A stretch of DNA of 64,000 nt from Yuukianura sp. NJ FZ-2021. Its lineage: Eukaryota. The notes under the pieces are model-generated. The model saw only the letters and a program-made list of their open reading frames with translations, had not been told where the DNA came from and ran no database searches. Within the stretch, counting starts at the first letter, position 1, and every line of letters begins with the position of its first letter. The position numbers were made by a program, and so were the translations under genes. The DNA lies in NCBI GenBank assembly GCA_046563655.1, contig CM102283.1, forward strand, positions 3,720,001-3,784,000, written 5' to 3'. This document shows positions 38,703 to 51,956 of the stretch, one piece after another.

Positions 38703-40530
38703 TTAGGAATGTTGGAGTTTGTTTAGTCGCAGATACATTTTTCCGCCTTGCGGTTTGAGTGAACTTGAATTTGCAAATTTCACCGGAATCAGAGTTTTAG
38801 CTGACGGTTCAATTTTGAAATTGTGGACTAAATAAGAAATTACGACTTTAGCCTCCGTCAGAGCAAATCGCATACCTGTAATTACAAAAGTAATTCAAGT
38901 AATTAGTTCGTAATTACAAGTATTTCAGAGTTTTACCAATGCAATTCCTTGGTCCTTGTCCAAATGGTAGAAAAGTGTATGGGTTGACCTTGATTTTGTT
39001 CTCGGGTGAAAATCTTTCTGGATTGAATTTTTCCGGTTCTGGATAAAAATCTGGATCCATGTGAATTCCAATCACTGGAAAAATAAAAGCTTCGCCTTTT
39101 TTCATCACGTGATTTTTCCCAGGAATTTTGTATTCCATTGTACAAGCACGCTCTGTTGCTGCCACTGGCGGGTAGAATCGAAGTGTTTCTGAAAATTTGA
39201 AAATGAAGTTTAGCAAAACTCAAAATTTTAAAATTTTGATTTTTTTTAGTACCGTTAATAATCATGTCCAAGTAAGTCATTTTGTTCATTCCATCGTAAG
39301 TAAATTTTCCACCATTTTCTTCCAAAATGGAATCCACTTCTGAACGTAGTTTGTCTTGAATTTCTGGATTGAGTGCCAGTGCATATGCGCAGAACAGAAG
39401 AAGCGACTGCGTAGTATCGAATCCAGCCAGCATGAAAAGAACACAATTGGCCACAATTGTGTCATCGTCTAACAAGTCTGAAGAAATGTTGGCCTTTTTG
39501 TCCGTGGCGTCTTTGAGCATGGCGTCTTTTTCAAAAGTGTCCAATTCTGTTTCTTCTGTTTTTAAAGTTCCCGCTCTCGCTTCAAGCATCAACTGCACAA
39601 AATCGTCTCTTTTTTCTCCCGTTGATTCGCGCTGTTTTATCACACCTTTGATCGCACCAGAGAAAAAATCTGAAATCTACAAAAACCAAAAAAAGTTTGA
39701 TTTTAAACTTTTCAGAAAAACATATTCTCAACAATTTAAGTTGTACCTTTTTAGAATATTTTTAATGTACTTACTTCCTTTGGAAAAAATGAAAGTTCCA
39801 GAAAGTTCACCACTTTGGTTGGAAAAACTGTCATTGCAATAAACTTGAAAATTTGAAATGCACCAAATTCCAGTTGCATTTTTTGTCCCATTTTTTCGAA
39901 AAGCGACGGTTCTTTTTGGTTGAATGCTTGACTGTCAATTCCGCAGGCAGCAGAAGCAATAATGTCCATCGTAAATTTGGAATATCCCTCCGTCAACTCT
40001 ATCTCTTCGTTCCCTGTTCGCTCAATTTCAGAATTCAAAAATTTGATGAATTTGGATCCACTTTGGTCGAAAAGTGAAAACATTCTTTTGATTTTGCCAG
40101 TCGTGAAAGTGGGACTCATTTTGGCACGAAGTTGTCTCCATTTGTCGCCAGTCATCGTAAAAAGCATTTTTTCAAACAAGTAATCCGTTTTTGCCGCTGG
40201 AAATTTTCTGCGATCCACAAAGTGATCAAAATCTTTTACCAGAATAGACTTGGTCAATTCTGGATCCGCAACAAAGAAAGATTTTATTCCAAAGTCCAAA
40301 GTCATTCCGAGTTGTTTTCCGGAACTTTTTAAAGTTCGGTACTGAATTGCGATGTCTTCAAAAATACTAACTTTTGTGAAAATATTTTTGACAAGGCGGT
40401 AGAATCCATTTCCCAAGTAGCAGAATCCCTTGGCTTCGTAAATCGAGCGTTGCCAAGCGTCGTGCAAAACTAGCAACAGCAGTCCAAGTACTGCTAAACC
40501 CAAAATTGAAAGTAAAATCAGCAACCACAT
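38703..40530 (-). CDS. Cytochrome P450, CYP3 clan, copy C, 4 exons
   Basis: [29 protein letters not shown]. Confidence 0.95.
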
Positions 40531-41099
40531 TTTCAAAATTCAAAAAGGAAATTTTGAAAGCTGAAAAGTAAAATTTAAACTCCAGTTAGGAACTGTGTCA
40601 AATAATCAAATGGGAACTTGATATAAATGGATGACGAAAACTGAATGTAGACACTTTTTAGTCATAAAGTGCTACTTAAGAATGTTTTTGAAATGACAGA
40701 TTGTGTTAGCTTTGAAGTGTTTTTGTCACTGTTGATAATTTGACCAAGATTACAAAATTTATCTAACAAAAGGCTGTTTTTGACGAACCAAAATCTGTCA
40801 CATGACTAAAGTCCACAAAAATAGTAACACAAACACTCTGTTAGTGTAATTTTTTGTCCAATTTCAGCAATTGCCTTGAGTTAAATTTTTTTATGAACTA
40901 AAGCAGAGAGCTACTCATCTCCAATTTTATTTTAAATTGTAGTTTTTAACTTTGCTAAAAAATTTGACCTTCAATCTCTGTTGTAAAATTGTAGAATTTT
41001 ACTTGCACACCACACACTGCTTTCAAACAATGAATATTTTTTGTCAAATTGAAAATATGAACAAAAAAAATTTAACATAGAATTTTAATGTACGTTATT

Positions 41100-42901
41100 T
41101 TACGAATGTTGGATTTTGTTTAGTCGAAGATACATCCCGCCATCCGGTTTTAGTGAACTCGTCTGTGCATATTTCATTGGAATCAAAGTTTTAGCTGATG
41201 GTTCAATTTTGAAGTTGTGCACTAAATAAGCAATTACGACTTTAGCCTCCGTCAGAGCAAATCGCATACCTGTAATTACAAAAGTAGTTCAAGTAATTCA
41301 AGTAATTAGTTCATAATTACAAGTGTTTCAGAGTTTTACCGATGCAATTCCTTGGTCCTTGTCCAAATGGTAGAAAAGTGTATGGGTTGACCTTGCTTTT
41401 GTTCTCGGGTGAAAATCTTTCCGGATTGAATTTTTCCGGTTCTGGATAAAAATCTGGATCCATGTGGATTCCAATGACTGGAAAAATAAAAGCTTCGCCT
41501 TTTTTCATAACGTGATCAATTCCAGGAATTTTGTATTCCATCGTACACGAACGATCTGTAGCAGCAACTGGCGGGTAGAATCGCAGTGTTTCTAAAAATT
41601 TGAAAAAGAAATTTAGTTAAATTCAAAATTTTAAAATTTAAATTTTTGAGTTACCATTGATGACCATGTCCAAATAAACCATTTTGTTCATTCCATCGTA
41701 AGTAAATTTTCCTCCGTTTTCTTCCAAAATGGAATCCACTTCTGAACGTAGTTTGTCTTGAATTTCTGGATTGAGTGCCAGTGCGTATGCGCAGAACAGA
41801 AGAAGAGACTGCGTCGTATCAAATCCTGCAAGCATGAAAAGAACACAATTGGCCACAATTGTGTCGTCATCGAGCAACTCAGCTGCCGTGTTGGCCTTTT
41901 TGTCCGTGGCGTCTTTAAGCATGGCGTCTTTTTCAAATGCTTCCAGTTCACTCTCTTCTGTTTTTAAAGTTCCCGCTCTTGCTTCAAGCATCAACTGCAC
42001 AAAATCGTCTCTTTTCTCCCCAGTTGATTCTCGCTGTTTTATCACACCTTTGATTGCACCGGCAAAGAAATCTTGAACCTAAAAATTTTTTTAAAATTCA
42101 AAATTTCAAAATAATTTGTTTTCTAAATCTAAATGTTCCATTTACGTCTGTCCCAAAAAACGAAAGTCCGAAAAAGTCCGAGATTTTGACCGGCAGCATA
42201 GCCATTGCCAAAAATTTGAGAAGTTTAAGACCACCGAATTGAAACTGCAATTTTTGTCCCATTTTTTCGAAAAGCGATGGTTCTTTTTGGTTGAATGCTT
42301 GACTGTCGATTCCGCAGGCAGCAGAAGCAATAATGTCCATCGTAAATTTGGAATATCCCTCCGTCAACTCTATCTCTTCGTTCCCTGTTCGCTCAATCTC
42401 ACAATTCAAAAATTTGATGAATTTGGATCCACTTTGGTCAAAAAGTGAAAACATTCTTTTGATTTTGCCAGTCGTGAAAGTTGGGCTCATTTTGGCACGA
42501 AGTGGTCTCCATTTCTCTCCTTCCATCATGAAAAGCATTTTCTCAAACATGTAATCCGTTTTTCCAAATGCAAATTTTCTTCGGTTGACAAAATGGTCGA
42601 AATCTTTGACCAGAATTAATTTGATTAGTTCTGGATCCGACACAATGAAGGAAGTAATTCCAAAGTCTCTGGTCATTCCAAACTTCTTTCCAGACCTTTT
42701 CAAAGTGTTGTGAATATTTGAAATGTCTTCTAAAAAAGTGATTCTTTTGATAGTGTTGATCAATAAGCGGAACATTCCATTTCCGTAGTAGTGAAATCCC
42801 TTGGCTTCGTAAATTGATCTTTGCCAAGCATCGTACAAAAATAACAACACAATTCCGACCACTGCGAGGACAAAAATTGAAAGTAAAATAAACAACCACA
42901 T
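41100..42901 (-). CDS. Cytochrome P450, CYP3 clan, copy D, 4 exons
   Basis: Same motifs and exon structure as copy C. Confidence 0.95.
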
Positions 42902-43645
42902 TTTTCAAAATTTTTGAAAAACTGAAAATTAAAATTTCAAGTTGCACTGATCACTGTGTCAATTGAGCACCTTGTTTGAAGTTTAAATATAAAACTGAAA
43001 TTCAATACAGTCACATTCTTGTGACTTACACACTTAAAAAGTTTTTGAAATGACACTGATTGTGAAAATTTTTAAGTGTTTTTGTGTCTAATTCACAGTT
43101 TGAACCGGATTTCCAAATTTATCTGCCGCTGAAATCTTTTGATTGACTTGACACTTAGGTATGAATCAGAGTCATTGGAGTAAAGTTGATGAAATTTTTT
43201 AAAATTTTGAGTAATGAAAAGTACTAACCGAAAATAGGATCAATGAAGTGTTAGTTTTTGTGCAATTTGAGCAACTGCCTTTGAATCCAATTTTTTTTAA
43301 CTGGAAGAAAACCAACTCCGCCTAAAAAAATTTTTTTGGGTCAACTTTTGTGTTTGTTCTGTTTGTTTGCTGGTCTGCAAAAAAATTGACCTTGAACAAA
43401 GTAATTCATGGATATTAATTGCGTCATACCACACTCACTTAAGCCCAAATTTACCATACATTACATCATGCAAAAATTTTAGAAACAGTGATTTTTTCAA
43501 ATCCTCTTTTGAAAAAGTGCTTGATTTACTTTTTACTAACAACGTTAGTTGACTTACACAGAAAAAACTTAAACTGCTACGATTTGGTTAACAGAAGAAC
43601 ATTTTGACATTTAAATTTTAGCAGGATTTTTAGTTTTGGCAAAAC

Positions 43646-45439
43646 TTAGTGAATTTTGACCAGCCGAAGATGCATTCCACCTTCTGGTTTGAGTGTAGTC
43701 TGGTTGGAGTATTTCATTGGAATCAAAGTTTTAGCGGACGGTTCAATTTTGAAATTGTGGACTAAATAGGAAATTACGACTTTCGCCTCCGTCAGAGCAA
43801 AGCGCATACCTGTAATTACAAAAGTAATTAAGTAATTCAAGTAATTACGAGTTCGTAATTACAAGTATTTCATAGTTTTACCAATGCAATTCCGTGGTCC
43901 TTGCCCGAAAGGTTGAAATGCGTATGGGTTGATTTTGTTTTTGTTCTCGGCTGAAAATCTTTCAGGATCAAATTTGTGTGGATTTGGGAAAAAATCTGGA
44001 TCGAGATGCATGCCGTTGACTGGAATTGCAACTACTTCGCCTTTTTTCATAACGTAGTCAATTCCTGGCAATTTGTAATCTGCAACACAACATCTATCTG
44101 TAGCTGCAACTGGGGGATAGGCACGCAGCGTTTCTAAAATTTTTAGAAGAAAAAAGATTTTCAAAATTCGAAATTTAAAAAATTTTGATTTTTAGTACCG
44201 TTAATAATCATGTCCAAGTAATTCATTTTGTTCATTCCGTCGTAAGTAAATTTCCCGCCGTTTTCTTCTAGAATAGAATCCACTTCTGAACGTAGTTTGT
44301 CTTGAATTTCTGGATTGAGTGCAAGTTCGTATGCACAAAACAGAAGAAGTGACTGCGTAGTATCAAATCCTGCCAACATAAACAGAACGCAATTGGCCAC
44401 AATTGTGTCATCGTCTAACAATTCTGCAGAAATGTTGGCCTTTTTGTCCGTGGCGTCTTTGAGCATGGCGTCTTTTTCAAAAGTGTCCAATTCTGTTTCT
44501 TCTGTTTTCAAAGTTCCCGCTCTCGCTTCAAGCATCAACTGCACAAAATCGTCTCGCTTTTCACCAGAAGCTTCTCTTCGTTTAATCAAACCTTTGATTG
44601 CTCCAGAGAAAAAATCTTGAATCTAAAAAAAATTAACAGATTTTAAACAATTTCAAAATTTTCTTGAAAGATTTGAAAATTTCGATTCTTACGTCTTTTC
44701 TCATGAATCCAAGACCGAAAAAATCGGCAACTTTGACAGGGAGGACCAACATTGCCAAAATCATTGCAATCATTTTTCCGTTGAATTGAAATTGTAATCC
44801 GACCGCCATTTTTTCAAAAAGTGACGGTTCTTTTTGGTTGAATGCTTGACTGTCAATTCCGCAGGCAGCAGAAGCAATAATGTCCATCGTAAATTTGGAA
44901 TATCCCTCCGTCAACTCTATCTCTTCGTTCCCTGTTCGCTCAATTTCAGAATTCAAAAATTTGATGAATTTGGATCCACTTTGGTCGAAAAGTGAAAACA
45001 TTCTTTTGATTTTGCCAGTCGTGAAAGTGGGACTCATTTTGGCACGAAGTTGTCTCCATTTGTCGCCAGTCATCGTAAAAAGCATTTTTTCAAACAAGTA
45101 ATCCGTTTTACCAGAAAAAAATTTGCGCCGATCAACAAAGTGGTCAAAATCTTTAACCAAAACGGACTTGATCAAATCCGTGTCCTTGAGAAAAATCGTG
45201 GTGACGCCAAAGTCGTTTGAAACTCCGATTTTTTTGCCCGATTTTTTTAAATTTTGGTACTGATTCATAACGTCTCCTTGAAAATTTACGCCGTTGATGG
45301 TGTTGAAAATGAGTCGAACGATTCCGTTTCCCAAATAAGTGAATCCCCTTGCTTCAAAATACGATTTTTTCAAAAAATCTTGTGCAATTAAAAAAATTAT
45401 CACCAAAACTAAAACGGAAAGTAAAATCCACGCCCACAT
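43646..45439 (-). CDS. Cytochrome P450, CYP3 clan, copy E, 4 exons
   Basis: Same motifs and exon structure as copy C. Confidence 0.95.
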
Positions 45440-47367
45440 TTTGTCTAAATTGCTTTAGAAATTAAAAATTTCAGAAATTGCAAGACTCGTAAAAGTAAAA
45501 TGTTTTGTGAAATTTTGAAATCAACTGCGGCGTTGTATGCTCCGTTGAAATTTTGCCACTTTTTGAATGATACCGAGTGTTTTTGTTCAAGTGCCGTTTG
45601 GTTTTTGCGTTTTTGTGTCCAGTGTTACTGTGGAGTGTTTGTGCAAAATTTATCTTCCAGCAGATCTGTTGCTACTGACCGAAAAACCTAAGTGGCGTCA
45701 CATGACCATGACAAAAACTGAATTTTTTTCATAATGTAAGTAGTAGTTGTGTGGTTCGCGTGCAATTTAGTTTGCCTGGAGGCTAAATTCTTTAAGCTGC
45801 ACAAAGCTGCTAACATTAGTTTCAATTTTTTTAGGCGATGATGCTGGTTCTGGACACTACTTACAATTTTTTTGGACAAAAAAGTGAAACAGCCTTGAAT
45901 CTACTACAAACTACAAAAACTACAAGAAACTACAAAAATCACGGCTTCTCAAAAATTACGAAAAATACAAAAGAATTTGAAATTCTTTCAAAATTTGGTC
46001 GGATTTTGAGCTTATTCCTCATTCTTTTGTTATCAACTGTTGCGGATTAGTTCATCAATTAAGTCAGCAGCTTTGCCTTTAAAGACAATAAAAGTTTACA
46101 AAAAATTGCGAAAAAAAATTGGCACAGGCACAAAGTTATTAACCTTAACCTTGAAATGAATCTTGATCTGAACCTCTTCTTCTTCCGCTCACATCGTTTC
46201 TTCAGGTTTACAACTTAACAATAACTTGACGTCATTCTTACAAACTATAACACTTAACTCAACTTGTAATTAAAGTTAACTTGTTAAAATTAATTTAATT
46301 TCCTGGAGATTAAGTCATGTTCTATTCAAGTTGTTAAAAAACAGTCGAAGGTCCACGAACCGGAAACTCGTTGAAGAAAAACTGGAATTAATCAAATTAA
46401 TTTCAAAAACAACCACAAAAAAAAAAAAAAACAAAATGGAAAAAAAAGTTCCAGAAAACAATGGACACTTAAATCATAAAAAGTAACAATTTTCATCAAG
46501 GTTTAACTCTTAATTGTAAACTTCATTTCAATTTCCTTGAAATTTTAGAACAATTTCATTTACATCTAAAGAATTTATCAACTTTTCAAAATTTCTGGAA
46601 AAATTTCATGCCTAACTTTTTTGTCTAATTCAAATTATTCGCTACTGACATGCAACATTTCTAGCAAATGAAGACGGAAAAAAGGAAAAGTTGTTTGTTT
46701 TTATAAAAATGTTTAACATTGAACAGTTGTAGTTGGGTTGTAATTACTTTTCAATGAAAGTTTTCACACCAACTTTGAAATTTTAATTTGTCTACTCTTT
46801 ACTAAAAACAAACTTTGCTTGTTTTCTGCATGTTGAGAACCAATTCCAAACTCGCCCACCATGACACGGTTTCTTTGTTTTTGAAAATAACCGCAGTTCA
46901 AAGAAAATTCAAAAGTTGATCTTGAAAATAAACAATTCTACAACATGCCAAACACACAGGAAAGTGCCAATTACTGCCCATGCGCAGAACAACCTACGGT
47001 CATTCCTTGTGCGCAGCCTCCAAAATTCCAATTGGAGCAGAAATTAATCACAGAGTGTTTAGCATTTAACTAACTACTTAATTTATACAATCTTGAACAC
47101 TCTGTTGCACTTCCGATACGCCTCCAAATTGCAAAATGGAAATGCAATAACTTCAATGTTACATTTTATAAGTTTTCGAAATGCAAATTTAAAATTGGCA
47201 ATCAATCATCTTGAATTGTACAACCTGTCATGCACTCCCTTTTGTAATTTATTTGAATTGATTTCCGCGTAGAGTCGTGATTTGCAAAAAGTTGTGACTT
47301 GTGCGTAAACTGTTTGACAAGAGAGGGCAAGTGACCTGGTGATGATCGTGCCCAAGGTCAACAAGCC

Positions 47368-47440
47368 TCCTGATTGGTCATGAAAAGAAATCCTGAATTC
47401 TGATTGGTCATGAAAAGAAATCCTGTCTTTTGATTGGTCC
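47368..47440. repeat. 31-bp tandem repeat carrying three inverted CCAAT boxes (TGATTGGTC)
   Basis: (C)TGATTGGTCATGAAAAGAAATCCTG twice, plus a third TGATTGGTC. Confidence 0.6.
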
Positions 47441-48407
47441 TCGTGAAAACTACACTTGAAGTGTTGAAACTGTAAATCATAAACCTACATTTGATCATAC
47501 TCAAAAAAAGTGACCGTCAACTCATGCAAAAATCCATTGAAAATTTATTCTCGTCATCAAACCAATCATCTCCTTTGTTAGTCCTTTCACCTTGGACAAA
47601 AATTTCTGAAGATCAAAATTTACATTTTCAGTTTCAAAATTTCGAAAACATCAATAGCCATAAAATTGAATCTGGGTTAACTACCGGCATGCAATTTTTT
47701 AGGTTAATTTAAATCCATAATAAACTCATTTTTTTTTATTTTGCAATCCACTTGAGCTGTAAACCGACTTTTTGCTCCTTTTTTTTAATTTTGAAAATGT
47801 GTCCAACTTTTTCATTTGAATTTAAACATTATAACTTTGATTCAAAATTCAAAATAACTTTCAAGTCCAAAATGCAAAAAAAAAAGTAGTTACAAGGGGA
47901 TGAGTTTGCTGTTAAAGCAAGGTTAAGTTAATTGCTGGTGTAATTAGAAATTGAATAGAGATTAAATACACTTTAATCTTTTTATATTCAAACTCCCCCA
48001 CCCACAGATCAACTCAACTTCCTCAATCTTTTCCATAGAAAATCATAACGATAGTTTTTGGACGTAATTCAAAAATTTTATGTTGTACTTTTCAGTTTTT
48101 GTGTACAAAAAGTTCTTTTTTTTTGTGTGAAATCCTGGAAAAAGCAAAATTTTGGCTGGGATTGTTTGATAGGCAATGGATTATTGATGGAATGATTAGA
48201 AAAGTAAGGAAATCTGTGAGGGTCGTGAGGGGGACCCTGAAAATTTACTCATCAAGGGGTGCAGCTATCTAGGGATGCAGAGGTGCAGTTGTCTAGAGAT
48301 GAAGGGGTGCACATATCTAATTGTAGTTAGACTTAACATAATTGTACTATCTATAGTTAGTTAGATGGACAATTGGAAGTTGAATCCAGAAATTGAAACA
48401 ATTTGAG

Positions 48408-48415
48408 TATAAAAG
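48408..48415 (+). promoter_or_regulatory. TATA box of the cuticle protein gene
   Basis: TATAAAAG lies ~105 bp upstream of the ATG at 48513. Confidence 0.65.
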
Positions 48416-48512
48416 GATGTCGGAGTTCCTTGGTCAAATCACACTCGCCTTCCAATCACTTCCAATCAGCTTCACTTTTTGAGTTCTACTCACCAAAAAC
48501 CAAAACTTCACC

Positions 48513-49372
48513 ATGAACACCGTAAGGAATCAAAATTTTGAAAAAATTGTGGAGTTGAAATTTTTTGAAAATTTGAAGTCTAACAAATATTTTTGAAATT
48601 CAGTTCATTGTCGTCCTCTCCATCATCGGAATGGCTTATGGCGGAAACCTCTACGGAGGCCCAGCTCTTGCCACCTATGCCGTAAGTTTTCAAAATTTCG
48701 AAAAACTTCATTTTTCTTTTAATTTTGAGTGCAAAAACTAAAACGGTGTTTGAATTTCACATTTCCAGGCTGCACCAGTCGTAGCTGCTGTAAGAAACTA
48801 AGAACCTTAGGCCAAAAAGTGCCTAAAATTGAAAATTTACTGGAAATTTTTTATGAACTTTATCTTTTTTAACTTTTTTTGAAAAACGGATTTAAAATTT
48901 TGAAAATTTCGGAAACGCTAATTAGCAATTCCCGTATTATCAGGCCCCAGCAGTCTATGCCGCTCCAGCGGTCGTGAAGACCCACACTTATGCTGCTCCA
49001 GCAGTCTATGCTGCCCCAGCAGTTGCTCCAATTGTCAAGGCCGTAAGTTTTTCAAAATTTTCAAAATTTTGAACGATGGCGGGAAATTTCAAAAGGATTT
49101 AAATAATTGACGCAATTTGATTGGGATTGAAGTATAATCCGGGTTTCTTGCAGGCTCCAGTCGCCTACACTGCCCCAGTCTACCAACCAGCCATTGCCAA
49201 GGTATGAATTACTTCTAATTACAAGTAATTACAATTGTAATTACTTAATTACACCTGCAATTACTTAATTACATTAATTTGTAATTAATAGGTCCACGCT
49301 GCCCCAGCAGTGTACAGCGCCCCACTCTTGGGAGGTGCCTATGCCGCCCCATACGGAGCCGCCATCTTGTAA
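48513..49372 (+). CDS. Low-complexity Ala/Pro/Val/Tyr-rich cuticular protein (AAP(A/V) repeats), 111 aa, 6 exons
   Basis: Exons 48513-48521, 48604-48681, 48769-48789, 48944-49042, 49154-49201 and 49292-49372: MNTFIVVLSIIGMAYGGNLYGG..AAPVVAAAPAVYAAPAVVK..YGAAIL*. Absent from the ORF track. Confidence 0.9.
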
Positions 49373-50195
49373 ATTATTTCCACCGAAACCAAAATATCGA
49401 AAACTTTGTCACCGAAAACAACTTGAGCGACAAAAGTTAAAACGAAAGCGGATTTTTATATTTTCTAAAACACACTGTTACCTCAATTCCGTAGATTAGA
49501 CACCCCCTCCTTCATAATTTGTTATGATGCACAAAAAATACTGGAGAATTTGTAATTTTTACAACTTTTTTTTAAAGAAACTTTTGTAATTAATTACTTT
49601 TGTCCATAGAAAAAAATTAGTCATGATCAGAACTCAAAATATCGAAAAATGCAAAAAGCACAATAAATTGGCAAATCATTGTTTGTAGAAACTTTCAAAG
49701 TGTATCTTTCATTCATACTTCTTTACATTTTTTCTCACCTAAATTTAAAACTCAAAAATTAAATAAATGTTAATTCCAATTAACATTTTAGCACCATTCT
49801 TAATTTTAATCGAAAATTTTCGAATTTAAAAATTTTCGTCTGGATAAGGACAACCGACGCTATACAAGAATTCACATGATGCCGCCGGCAGAAAGCCCGC
49901 GAAATTTTTCGGCAGAACACACGTGACGCGGAATTCAAAATTGTAAACAAACAATTCAATTCGAAAATTCTATTTAATCGATTATAATTAGTTAATCGAT
50001 TACTTAAAGTAGAGCTGACATTAACATTGACATCAGTGGACGGACACTTCGGAAGAAAGAAGGTACAGAACAGTGGTAAGTCATAACAGACTACGTCGGT
50101 TGCTCAGTAACCTTTGCTTCTTAATTTCTGTTTACATTAATCGATTAATCCAAGATCCAACTTAACATAAGTGTCCTTTTTTCTAGGTCCTTGAC

Positions 50196-51624
50196 ATGAT
50201 GTTGGTCCGAGGATTGGGACAGGTTACAACTTACATTTGTAGAGACAAGGTGGCCACAGCACTGGTCAAAGGTAACAGCATCGGATCAGATCAACTTAAC
50301 GTCGTTAACGATAATCATAAGTTGATTAATTTTGTCTCTTCTTGTTACTAGGTAACCTACGCAGCTTTGGATTGTGTTCAACCAACTTCCAACAAGAACG
50401 AGATCATAAACCGAGGTATTACATCCCATGGAAAGATGAAGTCGAAGCTATGAAGAGGACGAGAGCCGAGGAGCAGAAGAAGGTGGACCAGATTCAGAAA
50501 CTAGCACAACAGCGACAGCTCAAGGACGAAGTCGACAAAGTTCCGGTTCGTCCAAACCGAAACCCAAAGTACGAACTGGAAGAAGACTTCGCTCCGTTCC
50601 GGTACATCTATCCAGAATTCCTGCCAAATCCAAGACTTGACTGGAGAAACAGAATTAGAGAGAAACTGGAGAGGATGGACATGCTCAGGAGGAGGTCAAA
50701 TATTGAAATTCCTGAATTCTATGTTGGTAAGTTCTAACTTTTCAACCAATTAGTTTAGTCAAAGTCAATTAGTTTAACTTTTAGTGTCATTTGTGTTCCA
50801 CAGGCAGCATTATGAAAGTTGGTGTCGCGGACAAGTATGCTACTACTGGGAAAGTCCATGAATTTGTTGGACTTTGTATCGAGAGAGATGGGTATGGACT
50901 AAGAGCGAACTTTACTCTCCGCAATGTCATAGACGGTCAAGGTAAGATCATGTTGTCATTTTTAACTAATTGGTAATTTATTACTAATTGAGTTTTGTTT
51001 TTAGGTGTAGAGATTCGTTACCAAATGTACAATCCACTTATCCAGTTCATTCAAGTGCTGCGACTAGAGAAGCGATTGGACGAGAGTTTACGATACTTGA
51101 GAGACTGCCCACTGGAGTATTCTACGATTCCAACTGACATGCAACCGGAACTCAGAAATCCAGATGCCCCAGTGCCAATTAACACAACTTTGGTAAAAAC
51201 AGGAATTTGGTTTCGAAAAACGAAAATTGTAAGATTTTTCTCGTTTTTAGGTCAGGATAAAACCAAAACCGTGGACAGTGAAGTGGCACCTTCATGAAAT
51301 TCGGGGAATTGAGAATCTGTATGAGCAGATTGATGAGAAATGGCAACTGAAGAAATGGCATGACCAACGGATATGCGCCGGAACTGAAACTAATGAATAC
51401 GATTTGATGAAAACCTACAGGTGAGTACAAAAATCTAAAAAAAAAAAATCAAAATTTTTGTTCAAGATTAATTTCATGATTTTTGGATTTTTAGGGCGAA
51501 TATTTCTGCTGAAGAGCAAACCCAAATCTACAGTGAAATCAGTCCGCAACTTGCTAATCTCACACAAACGCTCAAGAAGCAAAAGAGGAAGCGAGTTTTT
51601 GCTAAACCCCAAAAAATGGCATAA
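50196..51624 (+). CDS. mRpL19: Mitochondrial ribosomal protein L19 (bL19m)
   Basis: Six coding exons; [79 protein letters not shown]. Confidence 0.95.
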
Positions 51625-51956
51625 TTTTTACAATTGGATTAATTATTTAGCAATTATCAATTAATTTGCATTAAAAATTTCATTCTTAGAAGAATCGATC
51701 GACGTAAGGAATAACGACCGTCATTGTAGCCGGACACTGTTGCCACTCAGCAATTTAGACTGCCACGAGGTGGCTCCACCTGAGTGGCTACTCAATAGTT
51801 TCCTACTAACCTAAAGGGGCAACATAAGTTGCCACCTGTTGTAGCTACTAAAGATGGCCGGAGTGGCAACACTGTGTGGGTACATTGGTGGTGGTTGAGC
51901 CTTACCCCAATCGAAAAATCATGTTGGTATTAATTTAAGGTTCATGTAGATTTGTA

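Noticed and set aside
51735-51874. Short inverted repeat CA(C/G)TGTTGCCACTC as a hAT-like MITE
   Set aside because: Only ~14 bp and no TSD found; insufficient to call.
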